DNA of 36,392 nucleotides from Actinomycetes bacterium (GCA_023336875.1 JAMBLH010000087.1:1-36392), one strand, 5' to 3'; positions 25,792 to 33,009 are shown, counted from the first letter of the stretch. Program-made: numbers and translations. Notes: generated from the sequence alone by a model not told the origin.

Positions 25792-27309
25792 CTAGCGGCT
25801 GTCTGCTTCCTGGACACCTTTGGCAAATACGAGAGTTTCGTTGTAGCTCTCGACGAACTCCATCACCCTCTCGGGACGGAGTGGACGGGCAACAAGGTAT
25901 CCCTGCACCCGCGTGCACCCGAGCATGCGTATCGTCGATAGCTCCTCAGGAGTTTCGACGCCTTCGGCGATGACGCCGAGATCGAAGCTCCGCGCAATGG
26001 CGACGATCGCTTCGACGATCGCCCGAGACTCTGCCCGTGTGTGTGCGTCTCTGACGAAGGACTGATCGATCTTCAGCGCGTGAATTGACAACGCCTGGAG
26101 TTGCCGGAGCGAGGAGTATCCGGTACCAAAATCGTCGATCGACACCTTGACGCCCATATCGGCAAGACGTTCGAGCGCCCGCTCCGTCCGTTCAGCCTCG
26201 TGCGTGATAGTTCGCTCGGTGACCTCAATCTCGAAATGTCTGGGATCCAGATTCGCTGCGGCCAGCGCAACTGCGATGGACTCAACAAGATTCGCGTCCC
26301 TGAACAGCCTCTCGGAAGCGTTCACCGCAACCCGCATCGGACGCATTCCTTCATCGAGCCAACCCGCCATGTCGTGGCAAGCCTCGTCGAAGAGCCACTT
26401 GCTCATCGGGACGATCAGGTCGGATTCCTCTGCCAATGGGATGAACTCGCCTGGCATGAGCAGTCCATGGACCGGATGCTCCCACCGTATGAGGGCCTCG
26501 ATCCCAATAACCGTGCCCCTGGCGAGGTCGACCTTTGGTTGGTATTCGATTCTGAGCTGACCACCATCGTGAATCGCGGCCCTGAGGTCGTCCATGAGCG
26601 CGATTCGCTCCGATGTGCGGTCCCTGAGTGACTTGGTGAAATACTGGTAGGTGTTCTTTCCAGCGGCCTTGGATTGGTACATGGCGGTATCTGCACCCTT
26701 GACGAGATCTTCGTAGGAGTCGCCATCGAGCGGATACACCGCAATACCGATTGACGCCGTGACAACAAGCTCCCTGTCACCGATCTGGTATGGCGTACCG
26801 ATTGCCTTGAGGATCTTGGTTGCAACCTGGCCCGCATCCTCAACACGCTGCCCACCCTCGAGTATCACTGTGAACTCGTCGCCTCCGAGTCGGGCAACGG
26901 TATCGGACTCGCGAAGACACTCGACGAGACGGGCGGCGATCTGTCGGAGCATCTCATCGCCCACGGAGTGGCCGAATCGGTCGTTGATGTCCTTGAACCC
27001 ATCGATGTCCAGGAACATCACCGTGACGAGACCGCCGTCCCTCCTAGCTCGAACGAGGGCACTCGAGAGCCTGTCGCGAAAGAGGGCACGATTGATCAGA
27101 CCCGTCAGATGGTCATACTGGGCAAGGTAGCCGAGCGACCTATCCGGTCGATTTCTGAGGAAGAGCCATATCGCAAGCCCAAGGAGGCCAATGAGTATGA
27201 CCATTCCCGCGGCGAGCAAGAGCGTCATGTCCTGATTCCGATAGATGACATCATTGATCTCATCGGCATCTGGGGGCAAAAAATGAAGCGCTAGATGACC
27301 TGGGTCCAT
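25792..27309 (-). CDS. membrane-anchored GGDEF-EAL protein (diguanylate cyclase/phosphodiesterase)
   Basis: 505 aa with one TM helix (LLLAAGMVILIGLLGLAIWLF). It has an RESD I-site five residues before GGDEF. EAL-domain motifs are EALIRW, DDFGTGYSS, KIDQSF, EGVET and QGY. An alternative start at ATG 27228 is possible. Confidence 0.9.
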   Translation of the reverse strand: MDPGHLALHFLPPDADEINDVIYRNQDMTLLLAAGMVILIGLLGLAIWLFLRNRPDRSLGYLAQYDHLTGLINRALFRDRLSSALVRARRDGGLVTVMFLDIDGFKDINDRFGHSVGDEMLRQIAARLVECLRESDTVARLGGDEFTVILEGGQRVEDAGQVATKILKAIGTPYQIGDRELVVTASIGIAVYPLDGDSYEDLVKGADTAMYQSKAAGKNTYQYFTKSLRDRTSERIALMDDLRAAIHDGGQLRIEYQPKVDLARGTVIGIEALIRWEHPVHGLLMPGEFIPLAEESDLIVPMSKWLFDEACHDMAGWLDEGMRPMRVAVNASERLFRDANLVESIAVALAAANLDPRHFEIEVTERTITHEAERTERALERLADMGVKVSIDDFGTGYSSLRQLQALSIHALKIDQSFVRDAHTRAESRAIVEAIVAIARSFDLGVIAEGVETPEELSTIRMLGCTRVQGYLVARPLRPERVMEFVESYNETLVFAKGVQEADSR

Positions 27310-27356
27310 CTATTCGGTACGCTGAACCTCACCAGCGGAATCGTTCGGAGGATCGC

Positions 27357-27593
27357 ATGTCTTTCTGGCAGCTGACATTTGTACTTCTCATATATATTCC
27401 GATCGTCCTGCTCTGGATATTTTCCCTCATGAATCTGGCGGGACGCAAGGATCTCTCAGGCCTGGCGAAGGGGTTGTGGGCTGTCGCAATAGTGTTTCTC
27501 CCCCTGATCGGGATGATCGTGTACTTCGCCACGATCCCTGAGCCTGAGTCCCCCGACCCGAAGCCAGAACCCACCGAGGATGGCGATGGCTGA
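27357..27593 (+). CDS. PLDc_N-domain small membrane protein
   Basis: 78 aa with two TM helices. The pattern IFSLMNLAGRKDLSGLAKGLWAVAIVFLPLIGMIVYF is typical of the PLD nuclease N-terminal domain family. It has an acidic/Pro-rich tail. GGAGGA SD. Confidence 0.7.
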   Translation: MSFWQLTFVLLIYIPIVLLWIFSLMNLAGRKDLSGLAKGLWAVAIVFLPLIGMIVYFATIPEPESPDPKPEPTEDGDG

Positions 27594-27930
27594 GCAGACC
27601 ATCCGAGTACTGATGACGGTCGGCATTGCCGCATCCCTTGTTCTCATCTGGATCGTGGCTTACGTTGATTTGGCGCGACGCAAAGACCTATCGATCATAA
27701 GGAAGGTCGTATGGGCGGTGATCATGTTCTTCGGGGCCTATATCGGAATAGCGGCCTATTTCATCCTCCGGCCTGTCCCAGAGGTGATGGGGAAAGGCCT
27801 CCACCACACGACACCGGAGTCCTCAGAGATCGTGAACGCGCTCGAAACCCTGCACGAGGATCATGCAGACGGATCCATCTCCGACGCCGATTACCTGGAG
27901 CAAAAACGCAGCCTGCTCGGCCTTACCTGA
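27580..27930 (+). CDS. PLDc_N-domain membrane protein with SHOCT-like C-terminus
   Basis: 116-aa paralog of the preceding gene (VAYVDLARRKDLSIIRKVVWAVIMFFGAYIGIAAYF), plus C-terminal GSISDADYLEQKRSLLG. It overlaps the upstream gene by 14 nt, or by 8 nt if ATG 27586 is used. Confidence 0.7.
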   Translation: MAMAEQTIRVLMTVGIAASLVLIWIVAYVDLARRKDLSIIRKVVWAVIMFFGAYIGIAAYFILRPVPEVMGKGLHHTTPESSEIVNALETLHEDHADGSISDADYLEQKRSLLGLT

Positions 27931-27937
27931 GGTCGCG

Positions 27938-28129
27938 TCAACCGTCCTTGTGTGGTCGATTTGCCTCGGTCAACGGTGCCAAAGCATCCATCGAGATGAT
28001 GCTCGTATGGCCGTCGTCCCATTGGACCTCGGCGCGTCCCCTATCGAGAGACGCGACGACCTTGCCTGTCGCGGGCGTCTGCCCAACTTTCTTCGTGAGT
28101 CGTTCTACACGGGTTCCCTTGCGAAACAT
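27938..28129 (-). CDS. DUF1918-like small protein (63 aa)
   Basis: This is the C-terminal part of the 202-aa track ORF. The internal ATG 28129 is preceded by AGGAGG 7 nt upstream and by a GATAAT -10-like box (28148-28153). The product MFRKGTRVERLTKKVGQTPATGKVVASLDRGRAEVQWDDGHTSII resembles small SH3-like DUF1918 proteins. The upstream 139 codons are S/P/R-rich and look non-coding. Confidence 0.55.
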   Translation of the reverse strand: MFRKGTRVERLTKKVGQTPATGKVVASLDRGRAEVQWDDGHTSIISMDALAPLTEANRPHKDG

Positions 28130-28190
28130 GACTGACCTCCTGGTCGTATTATCGCACCCAAGGCAACCCTCCGGAATCGAGATGGCCTGA

Positions 28191-28838
28191 ATCCACGGGA
28201 TAGCACTGGCGCCAGCCTCGAGCGGAAACAAAGGGGACGCCGCCGACCAACCCGCGTCCACGACAACGGCTCTGGCGTCCGCTGAACTTCTTCGTACCGC
28301 CTTCAACCAGGGCGACTTCGAGACGTATCGATCTCTGTTTGCACCCGGCGCAGCGGTGGGAGTAGCACCAGTAGCGTGGGACTTCCTGGTCGGCCTCGAG
28401 CTGGAACCACTCGGGGCGGACCCCAGCGTCAGCCCGGCTTCGTTTGGGCTGTAGCTCGAGGGTGAGTGCACCGAGGACAACCCATCGCTGGTGAGTTGCA
28501 CCTGGACCCAGCGGGGCGGCATGTTCGAACGGGTCGGGATCGACATGACCTCGAACGTGACCCTGTACTTCGATGTGGACGGTGTGATCTACAACCTGGT
28601 CGTACAACTCCCTGCGGCGCAGGGCGTGTCTGCGAACGATTCAGGCTTCTACGCCATCTTTGGTGCATGGCTCAGGGACGCCCACCCCGACGTATTCGCG
28701 GCAACATACACGACACCTGCGGAGATCCCGCGACGGCTGGACCGTGACCACATCGACAAGCTGGAGTTACGCGCTCAATGGGCAGCGGTACTCGACGAGT
28801 TCCTGGCACAATCAGCCACCTACCCACTCAACGAATGA
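28191..28838 (+). pseudogene. SnoaL/NTF2-like gene interrupted by an in-frame TAG and lacking a canonical start; distal part equals track ORF 28491-28838
   Basis: My translation of the frame of ORF 28491-28838 extended upstream reads ...ASAELLRTAFNQGDFETYRSLFAPGAAVGVAPVAWDFLVGLELEPLGADPSVSPASFGL-TAG(28452-28454)-LEGECTEDNPSLVSCTWTQRGGMFERVGIDMTSNVTLYFDVDGVIYNLVV.... Coding-like sequence is continuous across the stop. Upstream, the frame is closed by TGA 28188-28190. There is no ATG/GTG/TTG before 28356. Confidence 0.45.
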
Positions 28839-28994
28839 GAGTCGCTTGGGGTGATACCGAGTGGTTTCTCGTGATCGGCCGGATCGGGCCTGTTCTACAA
28901 CCTGCACAGCAACGAGAGGGCATACGGGTCCTTCGGATTGAGCTGTACAGGTGAATGAGGCAACAACCCGTCGTCGTACTTGGGTCTGGTTCTG

Positions 28995-29648
28995 CTACTC
29001 AGCGGCGCAGGTGACGGTGAAGGTCCCGTCTGCAACGACCAAGTCGCCGTTCCCGGCGCTGAACTGGTAGACAGACTCCTGCTCGAAGAACATTGCAGAG
29101 CCTGAAGCGGTGGTGCCGTCGATCGAGAAGCTGGTGACGCCCAGACCGGCCGGTAGATCAGGGTACTGTTCGTAAATGGTCTCGTCGGCGATCCACTCTG
29201 CATCGCTGCCGACTGCCAACTTCACCCTGACCGTTGGTGGATCGGTGACGTCGCCTCCTGGCAGCATCACAATCAAAGTATCGGCTGGGATTGAAATGTC
29301 CGCAGTCCCGCTCGTCAGAATCGCGACGAATCCGCCAAAGAAGTCTGCGTCACAGTTTGCTATTAGATGGCCCTCGGGGAGTGCGAATTCCCACGTCTCG
29401 TCTCCAATGGTAACCGTCGCGGTCCCGCCCGCCGTGTCGAAGTGGTCGCCGATGCTGCCGACGGTAGAGACCGTCTGGTCATCGGATCCAGCATCTGGCA
29501 CATCCGCTGGGTCGGCGGCCTGATCTGATGATGGTGAGGTACTTGACGATGCTGCGGTATCGCTCGACGATTCGTCGCTGGTTCCCCCGCACGCCGCAAG
29601 CACCAGGGCAATCAGACCCACCATGATGAGTACGTGAGGACGCTGCAT
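28995..29648 (-). CDS. lipoprotein of unknown function
   Basis: The track ORF starts at 29696. I prefer ATG 29648, preceded by GGAGG 8 nt upstream, giving MQRPHVLIMVGLIALVLAACGG (signal peptide plus lipobox). A Ser/Asp-rich linker and a beta-rich domain follow. I recognise no family. Confidence 0.65.
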   Translation of the reverse strand: MQRPHVLIMVGLIALVLAACGGTSDESSSDTAASSSTSPSSDQAADPADVPDAGSDDQTVSTVGSIGDHFDTAGGTATVTIGDETWEFALPEGHLIANCDADFFGGFVAILTSGTADISIPADTLIVMLPGGDVTDPPTVRVKLAVGSDAEWIADETIYEQYPDLPAGLGVTSFSIDGTTASGSAMFFEQESVYQFSAGNGDLVVADGTFTVTCAAE

Positions 29649-29825
29649 GTCGTTTGCCTCCGGGCGTTGGGATTCCGAGCCTACGCATCGGATCACCGTG
29701 GCGCAACGGGCTCATCAACGAATCACCCACAACCGGCATGGGGCGGGTACTCAGCACCGTGTTATGACACGATCTGGCACCGCCTCGATCACGCCGAGTT
29801 GCGGTCCTCGGTTGGTACAACAGCG

Positions 29826-29909
29826 TGCCCGGGACAGGATTTGAACCTGTACATCCTTTCGGATAGCGGATTTTAAGTCCGCCGCGTCTGCCGATTTCGC
29901 CACCCGGGC
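29826..29909 (-). tRNA. tRNA-Leu, anticodon UAA (class II, long variable arm)
   Basis: Minus strand, folded by hand: GCCCGGG TG GCG AAATCGGCAGA CGC G GCGGA CTTAAAA TCCGC T ATCC GAAA GGAT GT ACAGG TTCAAAT CCTGT CCCGGGC A. It has a 7-bp acceptor stem, a T-loop TTCAAAT and anticodon TAA. CCA is not encoded. Confidence 0.93.
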
Positions 29910-29919
29910 GTGTTGGATG

Positions 29920-29947
29920 GACGCTAGACGCTAGACGGTAGACGACC
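29920..29947. repeat. tandem imperfect heptamer GACGCTA GACGCTA GACGGTA GACGACC
   Basis: Read directly from the sequence. It sits 10 nt upstream of the tRNA-Leu 5' end, in the divergent spacer shared with the EF-G paralog. On the tRNA strand it reads TACCGTC TAGCGTC TAGCGTC, i.e. phased TANNNT hexamers. Confidence 0.8.
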
Positions 29948-30028
29948 GATGTTCGATGTCGCTCAACGACACCCTGATTCCTAAACTCGCACCAACACCC
30001 TGTTGCAGTCAAGCCAAGGAGTTCGTCG

Positions 30029-32092
30029 GTGAAAGTCTTCCCTCCCGAAAAGATCCGCAATATTGCACTCGTGGGGCACTCCGGATCGGGTAAGACGACC
30101 CTTGCAGAGGCGCTTCTCTTCCGCGCTGGCGCGATCGATCGTATCGGAACGGTAGAAGCGGGCACCACTGTCACCGACTACGACCCCGAGGAACACGAAC
30201 GGGGTACAACCATCACGATGGCTCTGGCGCCCTTCGAGTGGCGCGGACACAAGATCAACATGATCGATACACCTGGATACGCCGACTACGCAGGAGAGCT
30301 TCACGCAGCGCTCAGGGTCACCGATCTCGCGATCTTCGTCATCGACGCTGTCGAAGGTGTTGAGGTACAAACCGAGTACGCATGGCGAATAGCTGAACAG
30401 CTCAACACACCGCGGATGATTTTCGTGAACAAGCTAGACAAGGAACGAGCGTCCTTCGAGGCAACAGTTACCCAGCTCCGCGATCGGTTCGGTGCGGGAA
30501 TTGCGCCTATCGAGCTGCCGATCGGTGAGGAGGAGGCATTCCACGGTATTGCCGACCTCTTCAGGGACAAGGCCTTCATCTACGATTCCGGTAGCGCCGA
30601 GGCGACAGACATGCCCAAGGAGCTCGTCGACAGGGAGCACGAAGTGCATGACGCTCTTGTCGAGGGAATCGTTGTTGGGGATGACGATCTGCTCGAGCGA
30701 TACCTCGACGGTGATGTGCCTTCGGTTGAGGAACTCGAACACGTCATGGCCGACGGTGTTGCGGCTGGCAGGGTGTTCCCTGTCGTCTGCGGTTCGGCGA
30801 TCGGGCCGATCGCGGTCGACAGACTCGCCGACTTCATCGTGGAACTTGCTCCAGCCCCCGCCGACCGACCGCCTGCAATCGTCACCGTCGGCGATGAACG
30901 AGTGCCCATTGAGAAGGATCCAAGCGGTGAGCCACTCGCATTTGTGTTCAAAACTCTTGCCGATCCCTATGTTGGACAGATCAGCCTCCTCAAAGTCCTG
31001 TCCGGGACGCTGAAGCCCGAAACGCATCTCACGAGCGGCAGATCGGGACAGGATGAGAGGCTCGCCAAAATCGCCACCATGTTTGGCAGCGAAACCACTC
31101 TCGTGCAGGCGGCGCCTGCTGGTGACATCATCGCGGTGGCGAAACTGATCGACACAAAGACCGGTGACACGCTTGCGCCCAAGGACAAACTGGTGGCCGC
31201 CGAACCGATAGATTTCCCTGAGCCTGTCCTCGCAACAGCGCTGGTTGCACGTACGCAATCCGATGACGACAAAATGACCTCAGCCCTGTATCGGATCCTC
31301 GAGGAGGATGCGTCCTTGAGGCTTGAGCGCAACAGCGAGACCCACCAGACACTCCTTTACGGACTCGGCGACAGCCATGTAAACATCGCGATCGAGAAAC
31401 TCAGCCGCAAGTTCGGTGTTGAGGTTGACCAAGAGAAGGTGCGAGTCGCCTACCGCGAGACGATTACCAGACCTGCTGATGCCGAGGGCAAACACAAGAA
31501 GCAGTCGGGAGGCCATGGCCAGTTCGGCGTCTGCCATCTCATCCTGCGCCCGAGGCCACGAGGAGAAGGCTTCGAATTTGTGGACAAGGTCAAGGGAGGT
31601 TCGATCCCGAGGGGGTTCATTCCCGCGGTCGAGAAGGGGATCGTTGAGACGATGCTCGAGGGCGGCATTCACGGGTTCCCCGTTGTAGATATCGAGGTGA
31701 CGGTCGACGATGGCAAGTACCACGCCGTGGATTCGTCAGAGATGGCATTCAAACTTGCAGCGCGAGCAGGGTTCAGAGACGCATTCGACGCCGCCGGTCC
31801 TGTTGTGTTGGAACCGGTCTCGCTTGTCGCCATCACGGTTCCAACCGACTTCCAGGGTGACGTGATGGGTGACATAGCCTCGAGGCGAGGGTCGGTGCAG
31901 GGAACAACGACAGGTACCAACGGCAGTCAGATCGTCGAAGCACTCATCCCCACCAGCGAGATCGTCAGGTACGCAATAGACCTTCGGTCCCTGACCCACG
32001 GGTGGGGCAGATACACGGCAACCTTCGATCACTATCAGGAGTTGCCTTCGCACCTCGTGGACCGCGCAATGGCGGACGCAAGAGCTGAGTGA
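30029..32092 (+). CDS. elongation factor G paralog (EF-G2-like translational GTPase)
   Basis: 687 aa. G1 is GHSGSGKTT, G3 is DTPGYADY, G4 is NKLD, and EF-G domains II-V are visible by pattern. GTG start with AAGGAG 8 nt upstream. It is not in an rpsL-rpsG-fusA-tuf context. Confidence 0.85.
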   Translation: MKVFPPEKIRNIALVGHSGSGKTTLAEALLFRAGAIDRIGTVEAGTTVTDYDPEEHERGTTITMALAPFEWRGHKINMIDTPGYADYAGELHAALRVTDLAIFVIDAVEGVEVQTEYAWRIAEQLNTPRMIFVNKLDKERASFEATVTQLRDRFGAGIAPIELPIGEEEAFHGIADLFRDKAFIYDSGSAEATDMPKELVDREHEVHDALVEGIVVGDDDLLERYLDGDVPSVEELEHVMADGVAAGRVFPVVCGSAIGPIAVDRLADFIVELAPAPADRPPAIVTVGDERVPIEKDPSGEPLAFVFKTLADPYVGQISLLKVLSGTLKPETHLTSGRSGQDERLAKIATMFGSETTLVQAAPAGDIIAVAKLIDTKTGDTLAPKDKLVAAEPIDFPEPVLATALVARTQSDDDKMTSALYRILEEDASLRLERNSETHQTLLYGLGDSHVNIAIEKLSRKFGVEVDQEKVRVAYRETITRPADAEGKHKKQSGGHGQFGVCHLILRPRPRGEGFEFVDKVKGGSIPRGFIPAVEKGIVETMLEGGIHGFPVVDIEVTVDDGKYHAVDSSEMAFKLAARAGFRDAFDAAGPVVLEPVSLVAITVPTDFQGDVMGDIASRRGSVQGTTTGTNGSQIVEALIPTSEIVRYAIDLRSLTHGWGRYTATFDHYQELPSHLVDRAMADARAE

Positions 32093-32112
32093 CGGACCTC
32101 AGTTGACGGCTA

Positions 32113-33009
32113 TCAGCCTTCGGCGAGAAGCGATGTTGCAACTGCGCTGAGCAGACCGTACTCGCTCACAAGAATGACGTCGGCACCCGCGACGACCGCT
32201 GCCCTATCGACGACGATCGCCCCGGCAAGGATGACAGGGGCACGCCTGGGATCGAGCGATGGGATTGCCGCGGTCTCCTCCACCGTCAGCGCGCTGAGCT
32301 CATCGATCAACTCCTTGGTGTCTGCTCGCGACAACGTGGTGTCATGAACGGCGTCACGGTCATACTGCTCGAGTCCGAGCGAGATGGCAGCGAGACTCGT
32401 GAACGTCCCGGCAGCACCGATGACGGTGCGCGGCGTCCCAGGCAGCTCCACCGTCGAGAACTCAGCGTCGACGTGCGCCGACGCTTCCGAGAGTTGCGTC
32501 GCCGTTGGAGGCCGGTCCGGCAGTCTCCGGTCTGTGAGACGCACCGAACCGATGTCGATGCTTGTCGAGTACAGCGGCTCGGTGACGCCGTACACAAACT
32601 CGGTGGAACCTCCACCAATGTCGATGACAAGAAACGGGGGCTCCCCGCTGCTGTTCGCAGTGGCGCCGCTGAACGCAAGCTCTGCCTCAACATCCCCAGA
32701 GATTATCTGAGGCGTTGTCCCGAGAATCATGCCGATGGCATCCATGAGCTCAAGGCCGTTTGCTGCATCCCGCGAGGCAGACGTGGCAACTGCGCGGGTC
32801 AGCCCGACGTCATGTATTGCCATTGTTTCCTTGTAGAAGTGCATCACGTCCAACGTTGCGGCAACAGTGTCATCCCTGAAACGGCCTGTTGCATCCACAC
32901 CTCGACCAAGAGCCGTGACCGTGGATTCACGGTACAGCTGTGCACCTTCGTCATCGAGTACGAGCAGCCGAACAGAGTTCGATCCGATATCGATCGCCGC
33001 TACGCTCAT
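32113..33009 (-). CDS. ppx: Ppx/GppA family phosphatase (exopolyphosphatase)
   Basis: Motifs are AAIDIGSNSVRLLV and LVIDIGGGSTEF. I prefer ATG 33009, which forms an ATGA overlap with the upstream DUF501 stop, over the track start at 33066. Confidence 0.85.
   Translation of the reverse strand: MSVAAIDIGSNSVRLLVLDDEGAQLYRESTVTALGRGVDATGRFRDDTVAATLDVMHFYKETMAIHDVGLTRAVATSASRDAANGLELMDAIGMILGTTPQIISGDVEAELAFSGATANSSGEPPFLVIDIGGGSTEFVYGVTEPLYSTSIDIGSVRLTDRRLPDRPPTATQLSEASAHVDAEFSTVELPGTPRTVIGAAGTFTSLAAISLGLEQYDRDAVHDTTLSRADTKELIDELSALTVEETAAIPSLDPRRAPVILAGAIVVDRAAVVAGADVILVSEYGLLSAVATSLLAEG

Noticed and set aside
27323-27329. TGAACCT, a 7-nt match to the tRNA-Leu T-arm region (29842-29848), considered as a possible att repeat bounding an island from 27323 to 29826.
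   Set aside because: A 7-mer match is expected several times by chance in 36 kb. There is no integrase and no longer repeat that I could find by eye. It is kept only as a weak idea under the tRNA-flank finding.
28188-28454. Possibility that TGA 28188 (after ATG-GCC) and TAG 28452 are recoded as selenocysteine or pyrrolysine, making one 218-codon gene from ATG 28182.
   Set aside because: I can see no SECIS-like hairpin directly after the TGA. No sel or pyl genes are in the window. Two different stop codons would have to be recoded in one small gene. Decay or a sequencing error is far more parsimonious.
28901-28951. A 10-bp imperfect inverted repeat CCTGCACAGC ... GCTGTACAGG with a 31-nt loop, in the 156-nt convergent gap.
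   Set aside because: It has one C-A mismatch, a large loop and no flanking U-tract. It could be a terminator or nothing. I could not recognise it as any known RNA or repeat family.
29479-30174. 231-aa minus-strand ORF spanning the tRNA-Leu gene and the divergent spacer.
   Set aside because: It runs straight through a well-folded tRNA and a non-coding tandem repeat. The product is Arg/Pro/Gly-rich junk.
30434-31258. 274-aa minus-strand ORF inside the EF-G paralog. The same applies to 12021-12710 (229 aa) inside the PQQ lipoprotein gene and to 2010-2675 (221 aa) and 1059-1673 (204 aa) inside gltB.
   Set aside because: All are antisense or out of frame relative to genes with strong motif support, and none shows a recognisable domain.
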